A stretch of 32,000 nucleotides of DNA, from the NCBI GenBank assembly GCA_016125375.1, contig WGLU01000003.1:133880-165879 (forward strand), written 5' to 3'. The first letter of the stretch is position 1. Each line of letters starts with the position of its first letter. This document shows positions 16,601-24,877 of this stretch, in pieces. A model generated the notes under the pieces. It did not search any database. It was not told where the DNA came from and saw only the letters and a program-made list of their open reading frames with translations. Both the position numbers and the translations under genes were made by a program. This DNA comes from Pseudomonadota bacterium. Its GTDB lineage: Bacteria > Pseudomonadota > Alphaproteobacteria > UBA1280 > RI-95.

Positions 16601-16843
16601 ATGGACGGGCACGAACCTTCGTCACGGGTAGAGGCACTCGCAGGCGCGAGCAAAGGCTCCAATGCGGCAATATCGCTGATAGCAAACGTGCTGGTGGGTG
16701 GTCTGATGGGGTATGGCATCGACTATCTGGCCGGCACGCTGCCACTGTTCATGTTGCTGATGCTTTTTATGGGATTTGCAGCCGGTCTGCGCACAATCTG
16801 GAAGCAACTCAACAGCAAGCCGCCGCAAGACAGCGCGGAATAA
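16601..16843 (+). CDS. atpI: AtpI/AtpZ-like small membrane protein
   Basis: 80 aa with two helices (ISLIANVLVGGLMGYGIDYL, LPLFMLLMLFMGFAAGL), positioned directly upstream of atpB. Confidence 0.6.
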   Translation: MDGHEPSSRVEALAGASKGSNAAISLIANVLVGGLMGYGIDYLAGTLPLFMLLMLFMGFAAGLRTIWKQLNSKPPQDSAE

Positions 16844-16896
16844 CGCCAAACCCCCGTTAAGCGGCATCTTTTTGCTTGGATGACGCGTATTCTGAA

Positions 16897-16925
16897 TTGA
16901 CAAAACGGCCCCCGGACGGTATTCA
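16897..16925 (+). promoter_or_regulatory. Sigma70-like promoter TTGACA-N17-TATTCA for atpB
   Basis: Consensus -35 ttgaca at 16897-16902, a 17-nt spacer, tattca at 16920-16925. The SD aagaggga lies before GTG 16955. Confidence 0.5.
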
Positions 16926-16954
16926 TACTTCCGTCAAATAAAGAGGGATAAACC

Positions 16955-17842
16955 GTGTCGGGTCCGCTTCACCAGTTCGAGATTCAGCAAGTTGCTTCCA
17001 TTCCATTCATGGGCTTTGATATTGCCGTAACCAATCAGGCAATTACCATGCTTGTGTCGCTGACCATCATGTCTGCGCTGCTGATTCTGGGCAGCCGCCA
17101 GCGTGCCATGGTTCCCGGCCGTCTGCAGTCTTTTGTGGAAATGACCTACGAGTTTGTCGAGGACATGATTAAAGGCACCGCAGGCCGTGCTGGCCTTAAG
17201 TTTATGCCGCTGATTATGTCGGTTTTCCTGTTTGTTGCCGTCTGTAACGTTGTGGGCATGGTTCCCGGTGCGTATACCTCCACCTCCCAGCTGTTCGTTA
17301 CTGCTTTGATGGCTTTTGGTATTTTCGCCTTTGTGATTGCCATCGGCTTCTGGAAGCATGGTCTTGAGTTTTTGGGCATGTTCGTGCCGGCTGGTACCCC
17401 ATGGTGGTTGTACTGGCTGATTATTCCGCTGGAGTTGATCTCTTTCTTCGCCCGTCCGTTTACGCTGACGGTACGTCTGGTTGCCAATATGGTGGCCGGG
17501 CACATCCTGCTGAAAATTTTTGCCGGCTTCGCCGTCATGATGACCGCCAGCGCCGTTGATGCCCCGTTTGTGATGTACGGCGGTTTCTTCGCTGTTGTCG
17601 GCCTGATTGCCGCTTTCATCTGGACAGGCAAAAAATCCATGCTGTGGGCAGCGTTGGCCGTATTGGGGGCCTTGGGTGTTATTGCTGTATTCTCCGGCGG
17701 TATGGGCATTATCGCCACCTTCATGCCCAGCATGTTCATCTTTGTGATTACCATTCTGGAAGTCTTTGTGGCGCTGCTGCAGGCGTATATTTTCACTATC
17801 CTGACATGTGTTTACCTGAATGATGCATTGCATATGCACTAA
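16955..17842 (+). CDS. atpB: F0F1 ATP synthase subunit a (unusually long, 295 aa)
   Basis: The essential-Arg helix FTLTVRLVANMVAGHILLKIFAGF and the C-terminal ILEVFVALLQAYIFTILTCVYLNDALH. An extra hydrophobic segment lies between them. Confidence 0.95.
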   Translation: MSGPLHQFEIQQVASIPFMGFDIAVTNQAITMLVSLTIMSALLILGSRQRAMVPGRLQSFVEMTYEFVEDMIKGTAGRAGLKFMPLIMSVFLFVAVCNVVGMVPGAYTSTSQLFVTALMAFGIFAFVIAIGFWKHGLEFLGMFVPAGTPWWLYWLIIPLELISFFARPFTLTVRLVANMVAGHILLKIFAGFAVMMTASAVDAPFVMYGGFFAVVGLIAAFIWTGKKSMLWAALAVLGALGVIAVFSGGMGIIATFMPSMFIFVITILEVFVALLQAYIFTILTCVYLNDALHMH

Positions 17843-17952
17843 AAATTAGGTAAAACCTAGGGGCAATTTTTTAACCGGTTTCTGTTGTTTGGCCACGGTG
17901 GTCAGGTAACTGAAAAAAAACGCAAACAACCAAGCTAAATGTAAGGACGATA

Positions 17953-18183
17953 ATGATGGAAGTTTTGGGCTTGAAAGCCATCGGCGCTGGTCTGGCCGCC
18001 TCGGGCATGATTGGTGCTGGTGTAGGTCTGGGTTTCGTATTCGGCAAATTTTTCGAAAGCGTCGCCCGTCAGCCGGCTGCTGAAGATAAACTGAAAACCT
18101 ACCTGTTTATCGGTATGGCTCTGGTAGAAGCGATTGCGCTGTTCGCATTCGTTATCGCCGCCATTATTCTGTTCGTTCTCTAA
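17953..18183 (+). CDS. atpE: F0F1 ATP synthase subunit c
   Basis: GLGFVFGKFFESVARQPAAEDKLKTYLFIGMALVEAIALFAFVIA is a c-subunit hairpin with the carboxylate Glu in LVEA. Confidence 0.95.
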   Translation: MMEVLGLKAIGAGLAASGMIGAGVGLGFVFGKFFESVARQPAAEDKLKTYLFIGMALVEAIALFAFVIAAIILFVL

Positions 18184-18203
18184 GACCGGCAGAGCTGATT
18201 AAA

Positions 18204-18247
18204 GCCGCCGGAAGACCTCTTGAATCAGGGCTTCCGGCGGTATTTTC
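18204..18247 (+). terminator. Strong hairpin between atpE and atpF (partial terminator or attenuator candidate)
   Basis: Stem gccgccggaag (18204-18214), a 16-nt loop, stem cttccggcggt (18231-18241), then attttc. Confidence 0.4.
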
Positions 18248-18274
18248 GGAATAATTTGGATTAGGATACTCAAT

Positions 18275-18835
18275 ATGGCAACCAATCTGGAACATACCAC
18301 GGCCGAAACTACCGCACACGGTGGCGGTACGGACGCAAAGGCACAGCTGTTTAACGGTGCGTTTATGGGTGACACCCTGTTCTGGACGGGGTTGAGCTTT
18401 GTGCTGTTCATGGTCATGATCTGGCGCTTTGTGCTGCCGACCATCAATACTGCACTGGATGCCCGTGCTGCCCGTATCCGTGACGATCTGGATCATGCGT
18501 CCGCCATGCGTAACGAAGCCCAGCAGGCGCTGGCTGCTTACGAGAAGCATATGCGTACTGCCCGTCAGGAAGCGCACGACATCATCGTGACCGCAAAAGC
18601 CGAAGCAGAGAAAATCATCGCTCGCAAGACCGCCGAGCTGGAGCAGGATCTGGCCCGCCGCAGCGAAGAGGCCCGCAACCTGATTGAACAGGCTAAAAAC
18701 AAGGCAATGATGGATGTACGTGACCAGGTTGCCGAACTGGCCCTGATTGCGACAGAAAAACTGCTGGATAAAGCTGTTGATAAGAAAACTGCCGGTGAAA
18801 TGACCGATGCAGCTATCAAACAGATGAGCCACTAA
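18275..18835 (+). CDS. atpF: F0F1 ATP synthase subunit b (or b')
   Basis: A single N-terminal TM helix (LFWTGLSFVLFMVMIWRFVLP), then a long charged coiled coil (ARIRDDLDHASAMRNEAQQALAAYEKHMRTARQEAHDII...). Confidence 0.85.
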   Translation: MATNLEHTTAETTAHGGGTDAKAQLFNGAFMGDTLFWTGLSFVLFMVMIWRFVLPTINTALDARAARIRDDLDHASAMRNEAQQALAAYEKHMRTARQEAHDIIVTAKAEAEKIIARKTAELEQDLARRSEEARNLIEQAKNKAMMDVRDQVAELALIATEKLLDKAVDKKTAGEMTDAAIKQMSH

Positions 18836-18849
18836 GGTATCTGCCTGCT

Positions 18850-18878
18850 AAAAACGCCCCCTGCGGGGCGTTTTTTTT
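18850..18878. terminator. Bidirectional rho-independent terminator (atpF / puuD-like gene)
   Basis: aaaaa, stem cgcccc (18855-18860), loop ctgc, stem ggggcg (18865-18870), then tttttttt. Confidence 0.8.
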
Positions 18879-18892
18879 ATGTGTGGTACAGT

Positions 18893-19606
18893 CTACTTGG
18901 CGGCGGCGGCCACAAAAGCCTTGATGATGTCGAAACTAGGGTCGCCATCGGTCAGGAAGAACTCCGGGTGCCATTGCACGCCCAGCGCAAAGCGTTTCTC
19001 GGGCAGTTCAATCCCTTCAATCACACCGTCTGGTGCCACCGCATTTACGCTGACATGGGGGGGGGCTTCCACAATGGCCTCTTTATGGGCGGTGTTGACC
19101 ATGATTTCCGGTTTCATGACAATGCTTGCCAGCAGTGTATCCGGTGTCACGGTTACACTGTGTGCCACTTCTTCCGCAGGTTTTGCATCCAGATGGTCAA
19201 TCTCGGTATTGGCGTGCTTGGTTACGTTACGGGTCATTTTACACCCTTCCAGACCACCGAGTAGTTGCATCCCTGCGCAAATACCCAGCAGCGGCATATC
19301 CACAGCCAAGGCCTGACGGATCATGGACAGGTCAAAGTCCAGTCTGGGGGAGGGCTCATAGGGAGCCGGTTCATTCAGGTCTACATACCAGCTGTCCGGC
19401 GAGGCAAAACCACCGCCCGGTACCAGCAGGCCGCGAATGCTGTCGATATATTGCGGAATGGCTGCATGTACCATCGGAATGCCAACGGGCAGTCCGCCTG
19501 CGGCATAAACGGCATTGAAGTAGTGTTCGCGCAGGGCAAGGTGCGGGCGTTTGGAGTAGGTGCCTTCCTGCTGCCAGTCCAGCGTGATACCGATGATGGG
19601 GCGCAT
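18893..19606 (-). CDS. Class I glutamine amidotransferase, peptidase C26 / gamma-glutamyl-GABA hydrolase (PuuD)-like
   Basis: MRPIIGITLDW..., nucleophile elbow LLGICAGMQLL and C-terminal GVQWHPEF. The start is trimmed from 20020 to ATG 19606. Confidence 0.8.
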   Translation of the reverse strand: MRPIIGITLDWQQEGTYSKRPHLALREHYFNAVYAAGGLPVGIPMVHAAIPQYIDSIRGLLVPGGGFASPDSWYVDLNEPAPYEPSPRLDFDLSMIRQALAVDMPLLGICAGMQLLGGLEGCKMTRNVTKHANTEIDHLDAKPAEEVAHSVTVTPDTLLASIVMKPEIMVNTAHKEAIVEAPPHVSVNAVAPDGVIEGIELPEKRFALGVQWHPEFFLTDGDPSFDIIKAFVAAAAK

Positions 19607-19659
19607 GGCCGGATATCCTGTTGGTTGTTCTTGGCAGGTATCATAACCCCGTGCGCCAT

Positions 19660-19691
19660 AAAAAAACACCCCCACCATGTGGTGGGGGTGT
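19660..19691 (-). terminator. Rho-independent terminator of pepA
   Basis: An A-run (19660-19666) gives a T-run on the minus strand. Stem cacccccacc, loop atgt, stem ggtgggggtg (19681-19690). Confidence 0.7.
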
Positions 19692-19704
19692 TCGCATGCC
19701 GTTC

Positions 19705-21282
19705 TTAGGCGGCGTGGTTCTTGAGCAGGTACGCCAGCACGGTACGGATGCCGTAGCCAGTGGCGCAGTGCTTGGACGTTTTGCTGCCCGAGGCCTCCTT
19801 GGCGCCGTCGGCGGTGCCGGCGATGTCCAGGTGGGCGTACTTGGGCGTCTTCAGACGGCCGCGGGGGCCGCCCTTCTTGCGGGTCTTGACCGCATGGTGC
19901 AGGAACAGAGCCGCACCGATGCTGTCCGGAATATCCCGCTGCTGCCAGTTGCGCAGGTCGGCGATATTGCTCTTGAGGGCATCTTCGTAGTCCGTGGCTT
20001 CGAGCAGCGGCATGGCCCACAGGCCTTCCCCCGCTTCCTTGGCACTGCCGAGCAGGTCGTGCGCCATGGAGCCATCGTTACAGAACATGCCAGCAAAAGC
20101 ATTGCCAAGCGCGGCAACGATAGAGCCGGTCAGGGTAGCGAAGTCGAGGATCGTCTCGGCGCCCTGATCCTTCACCAGAGCCAGCGCATCGTACAGGACG
20201 AGGCGGCCTTCGGCGTCGGTATCGGTGATCTCCACCGTGGTGCCGTTGTAGGCGGTACGCACCTCGTCCGGCTTGACGGCTTTGGGGCCGACCGCGTTCT
20301 CCACGATGCAGAGCGTTGCACGCAGGTTGAGCGGGGCGTCCATGGTAGCGGCAGCGTGAACGATGCCCAGCACCGTCGCGGCGCCGGCCATATCGGTCTT
20401 CATGCCGGCCATGTAGTCACCGGTCTTGATGTTCAGGCCGCCGGTGTCGTACACCAGCCCCTTGCCGACCAGATCCACCTGCGGGGCCTTCTTGTTGCCC
20501 GTGTAGGTGAGCTGGACCAGATAGGGTTCCTGGTCGCTGCCCTGTGCCACAGCCAGCAGCAGGTTGAGGCCCATGTCGGCCAGCTGCTTGCGGGTGTAGA
20601 CGGTCACCTTGACGTTCTTGTGGAGCTTGGCCAGCTTCTCGGCCGCGCTCTTGAGCGCCTCGGTGGTCATGATGTCGGGCGGCAGGTCGACGAAGCGGCG
20701 GGTCATATGCGCACCGGTCACGGCGGCATCCACCTCGGTCAGTACGCTGGCAACCTTGCGGCGGTTGAGCGCATTGCCGGCGAGGCGCAGCTCGGCCGGA
20801 CGGGCCGTATCCTTCTTCCCGGTCTTGAGGTCGGTGAAGGTGTAGGTGGCGGTCTGCATGCCGGTCATGAACGCGCGGACGCTGTCCTCGGCATTGGTGG
20901 TGAAGGTCTCCATCGCCACCAACGCGAACTTGAACTTGCCGGCACCCAGCTTACGGCTGACGGTGCCGCCCAGCGAACGCAGGTCGGACGCGGCGAGCTT
21001 CTTGGCGTTACCCACGCCGACGACCATGATGGCCTTGAGGCCGTCCTTGGTACGTGCGGCATACTGGATGACGTCGCCCACGCTGCCCTTGAAGCCGGAT
21101 ACCTTCAGGTATTCGGCAATGTCGGCAGCTTCGAGCTGCGCGGCCAGGACGGCGCTGTCGGTCAGCAGTTCGCCGTTCTTGTCGGCGAAGAGCACGGTGA
21201 TGTCGCCCATGATGGGATTCTTGAGGGATGTCACGCGCACCTTGTGCAGCGGCGCGGTGGCAAAAAGGTCGGTTTTGGTCAT
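19705..21282 (-). CDS. pepA: Leucyl aminopeptidase (M17 family)
   Basis: VGKGLVYDTGGLNIK, MKTDMAGAA and TDTDAEGRLVLYDAL are M17 metal and active-site motifs. The start is trimmed from 21444 to ATG 21282, which has GGAGA upstream. Confidence 0.92.
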   Translation of the reverse strand: MTKTDLFATAPLHKVRVTSLKNPIMGDITVLFADKNGELLTDSAVLAAQLEAADIAEYLKVSGFKGSVGDVIQYAARTKDGLKAIMVVGVGNAKKLAASDLRSLGGTVSRKLGAGKFKFALVAMETFTTNAEDSVRAFMTGMQTATYTFTDLKTGKKDTARPAELRLAGNALNRRKVASVLTEVDAAVTGAHMTRRFVDLPPDIMTTEALKSAAEKLAKLHKNVKVTVYTRKQLADMGLNLLLAVAQGSDQEPYLVQLTYTGNKKAPQVDLVGKGLVYDTGGLNIKTGDYMAGMKTDMAGAATVLGIVHAAATMDAPLNLRATLCIVENAVGPKAVKPDEVRTAYNGTTVEITDTDAEGRLVLYDALALVKDQGAETILDFATLTGSIVAALGNAFAGMFCNDGSMAHDLLGSAKEAGEGLWAMPLLEATDYEDALKSNIADLRNWQQRDIPDSIGAALFLHHAVKTRKKGGPRGRLKTPKYAHLDIAGTADGAKEASGSKTSKHCATGYGIRTVLAYLLKNHAA

Positions 21283-21367
21283 GCGGAGTCTCCGAATCTG
21301 CAAACGGGGAACAAAAGGGTCAATGGGGTTTGTGACAAAAAGGCATAAAACCTTGAAAGTGTTGTTC

Positions 21368-21396
21368 AGCTTACCGAACCTTTGCTTTGCCAGCAA
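21368..21396 (-). promoter_or_regulatory. Sigma70-like promoter candidate TTGCTG-N17-TAAGCT for pepA
   Basis: On the minus strand, ttgctg (21396-21391), a 17-nt spacer, taagct (21373-21368). A CT-rich leader of about 80 nt follows. Confidence 0.3.
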
Positions 21397-21428
21397 GTAT
21401 ACAGACGCTTTTTTTCTTAAAGAAACAC

Positions 21429-21457
21429 TTGCATACCCCGGCAATTATGCGTATGTT
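21429..21457 (+). promoter_or_regulatory. Sigma70-like promoter candidate TTGCAT-N17-TATGTT for rpmE
   Basis: ttgcat at 21429-21434, a 17-nt spacer, tatgtt at 21452-21457. Confidence 0.4.
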
Positions 21458-21525
21458 CCGATTTGCTTGCATGGGCAAGCCGAGTTTTTGTTGAACAATT
21501 TAGCCAAGATTTTAGGGTGACAGAT

Positions 21526-21738
21526 ATGAAACAGGGCATTCATCCCGAGTACCACACCATCAAAGTTATCATGACTGATGGTACCGAGTACCTGACCCGC
21601 TCCACTTACGGCCAAGATGGTGAAGAGCTGCGCCTGCTCATCGACAGCAAGTCGCACCCTGCCTACACCGGTCAGCGCCGCTCCATGGACAGCGAAGGCC
21701 GCATCGACAAGTTCAACAAGCGTTACGGCCGCGGCTAA
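21526..21738 (+). CDS. rpmE: 50S ribosomal protein L31
   Basis: [29 protein letters not shown]...HPAYTGQ...[11 protein letters not shown]. The start is trimmed to ATG 21526. Confidence 0.93.
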   Translation: MKQGIHPEYHTIKVIMTDGTEYLTRSTYGQDGEELRLLIDSKSHPAYTGQRRSMDSEGRIDKFNKRYGRG

Positions 21739-21763
21739 GACGCCTGTTCTACACGATGAAAAA

Positions 21764-21790
21764 ACGCTTGCTGAGGCAAGCGTTTTTTTT
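21764..21790 (+). terminator. Rho-independent terminator after rpmE
   Basis: Stem acgcttgc (21764-21771), loop tgag, stem gcaagcgt (21776-21783), followed by a T-run. Confidence 0.8.
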
Positions 21791-21850
21791 ATTTTTGTTT
21801 CGTTGATACCCCCCTCCATATTGTGATAGAACAACCGCACATAAAAATTG

Positions 21851-21868
21851 ACCACCATATCTGGTGGT
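21851..21868. repeat. Perfect inverted repeat ACCACCA-tatc-TGGTGGT upstream of the GGDEF/EAL gene
   Basis: accacca at 21851-21857 and tggtggt at 21862-21868. It directly follows a TTGACC hexamer (21848-21853) and is directly followed by the rest of GTATAC. Confidence 0.5.
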
Positions 21869-21923
21869 ATACAAAGCGCTCTACCGTAGCTGAACAAAAT
21901 CAAAAAGGTGTAGGGGTTTAGGG

Positions 21924-24833
21924 GTGATTAACGGCGTTCGCCAAACTGTTGCGCGTGGACTGGCTGCTCTTGGCAGTGACCGGTTCCGCAGCCAGATGAT
22001 GGTGGGCGGTGTATCGGTTCTTTGCCTGCTGGCCGGGCTGGAGGTCTGGCGCGCCTATACCGATGTTGCCCAGACCCGCTCCCTGTTGAACACGCAGGTG
22101 CAAACACAGGCAGAGAGCCATGCACGTGTCGCCCAGAGCTTCCTCTCACTGGCCGAGAAAACAGCCCGCGTTGTCGCTGTGAGCGAAGAGACGCAAACCA
22201 CCTTCGGCCTGAACCTGACCGACCCCGCGCTTGAGAAAACATTCACCGCCCTCAACCGCCAGCGCCTGCTGCTGGATATGGACGCCCTCTATTTGGTAGA
22301 CCCCACCGGACTGATGCGTTTCCGTTCCCTTGGCGCTCCCAACCTGTCACCGGTCAGCCTGATGACGCTGTTGAGCAAAGGACGTGCCTCCGGCACCCAG
22401 AGCTTTAATGGTCTGGTGGAACTGCAATCGGGTGACGGCTTTGTGCTGGTTGCTGCCGCCCCCGTTTACACGCCGGGGATCGACCGCGCCCATCTGGGGT
22501 ATGTGGTGACATTGCCCTCCCTCAATAACCTCAGCCTGACCATGGACGGGCAGAGCATGGCATGGCTGGCCAAAGCCGGTAACAACATGACCGTCCGTTT
22601 CGAGAAGGGGCGCCAGACAGGCTTGCCAATGGTGCTGACCCGGCAAGAGAACGGCGTTTGGCAGTCGGCCCAAGGGGTGGTCAGCGTTGCCCCTGTGAGT
22701 GATGACGGCTGGCAACTCGTCCAGTGGTCGCGCGCGATGCAAAGCCCGGTGCGGGGCGGTGTTCTGAGTACCCTGCCATGGACACTGGCAACAGTGGCCG
22801 GTGTTTTGGTCCTGCTGGCTATGGTCCATGGCCTGATGCGCCGTGAAAAGGAACTGGAAACCGAACTGGCTGGCCCACGCGCCGATCTGGATGTGAATAC
22901 GCTGCTGCTTGACGGTACGGATGCCGGTGTGATTGTCCTGAGCAGTGTGGGTCGTATCGAGCGGATGAACCTGAAGGCGCTGGAGCTGTTTGGCGGCCAT
23001 GTGAGCGACTATCAGGGTGCACCTGCGGGTAAGTTGTTTGCCAAGGGCGTGCGCCCTAACACAATTGGTGAGGAAACCGTCATGTGCAAAGCGCTGCACG
23101 GCGGTTTTTTTGAGGCGCGTTTGCGTCAGGATGTAGGGCCCAACGGCACCCGCATCTTGTGGATGTGGGATCCGGACAGCGAGTGGGCGCGCGAAGCGAT
23201 GGCTGCCGAACATCAGCGCAATCTGGAGTTCCTGCATGTGGCGTCCGAATGGCAGTGGGAGATGGATGCCAACGGATGCTTTACATGGCTTTCCGAAGAT
23301 GTGGAACTGGCGCTGGGCCAGCCGGTCGAGAAACTCCTGCACCGCTTTCTGGGCGACATGCTGTTGCCCGTCGATATGCAACGTTTCAGCAAAAACCTGC
23401 TGAGCATCATGGCGACCCGCCAGAACTTCCGCAACCTGCTGTTCCGTGTGGCCGATATGAACGGCGAGGTGGAAGAGTTTATGCTCAGCGGTGAGCCCGT
23501 CTACCGTGATGGCTCCTTTGCCGGTTTCCGTGGTGTGGCAACCCGCACGCAGGAAGACCGCCCTGAAATGCACCCGGCTGTGACCGGCCGCGATATGAAT
23601 ACCGGCCTGTGGACGACTGCCGCCCTTGAGGCAGCCCTGACGCGCTTTTACGAGCAGGCGCACCGGACCGGTAATACGGCGTATCTGATGCAGTTCCTCC
23701 TGCGTGAGCCGGATGAACAGTTGACCAGCAGCGTCCGGGAAGAGCGCTTGCAGGCAGCCATTACGCAGCTCCGTCCTGCCCTCCAGCCGGATGAGGTTGC
23801 CTGTGTATTGGAGCAGGGGCGCATTCTGGTGCTGGTGCAGGGGGAAAAGGGCCAGAACCGTGTCACCCGCCTGCGTGAGCTGCGCAACCTTGCCCAAAAG
23901 GGTCTGCAAACCCTGAGCGACGATCTGAAAATCAGTACGGGTCTTGTGTTCCTGCCCCGGGATGCCGCAACATCGGAAGAGGCTATTGGCCGTTCCGCCG
24001 TAGCTGCCGAAACCGCGCGTGAAGACGGCGGTGACCGCATCCGCATGTATGACGGTACGCTCAACCCCGGCGTGCTGGTGACGGATCCGGCGCTGACGCA
24101 AATCCGTCAGGCGCTGGAAGCAGGTGCGCTGGAGCTGCACTTCCAGCCGATTATCCCGATTGGCCAGTCGGTACCCGCAGCATTTGAGAGCTTCCCTTAC
24201 CTAGCTGCCAAGGACGGCAAGCTGCTCCGCCCTTCCGGTTATATGCCCCTGATTGAAAGCGGTGGCGGTATGGCTGTTATGGATACGCTGGCCATGCAGC
24301 ACCTGTTCGAGCGTGCAGCCAATGCCATGGCCGATAACCCGCGGCTGGCATTTTCCATGAACCTGTCCGCAGCAACCGTGCATGCCGAACGCAGCATCGA
24401 CATGATCAGCGAACTGGTGCGCAAGGTTCGCATTAATCCGGGTCAGATTATTTTTGAAATCGCCGAAGAGGTTCTGCTGGCCGACACCAGCCGCAGCCGT
24501 AATTTCATTCGCGCTGTCCGTCGTATGGGTTTCCGTGTAACGCTGGACCGCTTTGGCAGCGGTGTCAGCGCGCTGGGCCTGCTGCGTACGTTCGAGGTTG
24601 ATTTTATCAAGATTGACCGTGGCCTGATTCGCGACCTGGATACATCGGCAACAGCGCGCCATATGCTGCGCGCGGTAGCCGGCACAGCCCAGAGCATGGG
24701 TGTGGCTGTTATCGGCTGCGGTGTCGAGACCGAGGCCAGCTACCAGTACCTGCGCGCCGCAGGGATTGATTTTGCGCAGGGCTATTATCTGGGGCGGCCC
24801 GTCCATAACCGGATTGATGTGTCGGTATCCTGA
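21924..24833 (+). CDS. Membrane sensor protein: periplasmic domain, two PAS domains, degenerate GGDEF, degenerate EAL
   Basis: Two TM segments (VSVLCLLAGLEVW; LPWTLATVAGVLVLLAMVHGL) flank about 250 aa. PAS-like segments follow. The GGDEF fold has LEQGRILVLV at the signature position. The EAL fold contains LELHFQPI..., MNLS, EIAE, DRFGSG, KID, CGVE and QGYY. The start (GTG 21924) is uncertain. Confidence 0.8.
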   Translation: MINGVRQTVARGLAALGSDRFRSQMMVGGVSVLCLLAGLEVWRAYTDVAQTRSLLNTQVQTQAESHARVAQSFLSLAEKTARVVAVSEETQTTFGLNLTDPALEKTFTALNRQRLLLDMDALYLVDPTGLMRFRSLGAPNLSPVSLMTLLSKGRASGTQSFNGLVELQSGDGFVLVAAAPVYTPGIDRAHLGYVVTLPSLNNLSLTMDGQSMAWLAKAGNNMTVRFEKGRQTGLPMVLTRQENGVWQSAQGVVSVAPVSDDGWQLVQWSRAMQSPVRGGVLSTLPWTLATVAGVLVLLAMVHGLMRREKELETELAGPRADLDVNTLLLDGTDAGVIVLSSVGRIERMNLKALELFGGHVSDYQGAPAGKLFAKGVRPNTIGEETVMCKALHGGFFEARLRQDVGPNGTRILWMWDPDSEWAREAMAAEHQRNLEFLHVASEWQWEMDANGCFTWLSEDVELALGQPVEKLLHRFLGDMLLPVDMQRFSKNLLSIMATRQNFRNLLFRVADMNGEVEEFMLSGEPVYRDGSFAGFRGVATRTQEDRPEMHPAVTGRDMNTGLWTTAALEAALTRFYEQAHRTGNTAYLMQFLLREPDEQLTSSVREERLQAAITQLRPALQPDEVACVLEQGRILVLVQGEKGQNRVTRLRELRNLAQKGLQTLSDDLKISTGLVFLPRDAATSEEAIGRSAVAAETAREDGGDRIRMYDGTLNPGVLVTDPALTQIRQALEAGALELHFQPIIPIGQSVPAAFESFPYLAAKDGKLLRPSGYMPLIESGGGMAVMDTLAMQHLFERAANAMADNPRLAFSMNLSAATVHAERSIDMISELVRKVRINPGQIIFEIAEEVLLADTSRSRNFIRAVRRMGFRVTLDRFGSGVSALGLLRTFEVDFIKIDRGLIRDLDTSATARHMLRAVAGTAQSMGVAVIGCGVETEASYQYLRAAGIDFAQGYYLGRPVHNRIDVSVS

Positions 24834-24834
24834 A

Positions 24835-24866
24835 TAAAAAAACCCGCTCGTCAGAGCGGGTTTTTT
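24835..24866. terminator. Bidirectional rho-independent terminator (EAL gene / cheW)
   Basis: An A-run, stem acccgctc (24842-24849), loop gtca, stem gagcgggt (24854-24861), then ttttt. Confidence 0.8.
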
Positions 24867-24877
24867 AGCGCTTGCCG

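Noticed and set aside
19621-21348. A 575-aa plus-strand ORF opposite pepA
   Set aside because: It is an antisense shadow of a clearly identified M17 aminopeptidase, with low-complexity G/A/V/R/D/Q composition.
22347-24140. A 597-aa minus-strand ORF opposite the GGDEF/EAL sensor gene
   Set aside because: The plus strand encodes recognisable TM, PAS, GGDEF and EAL domains. The minus-strand product has no domain and a typical antisense composition.
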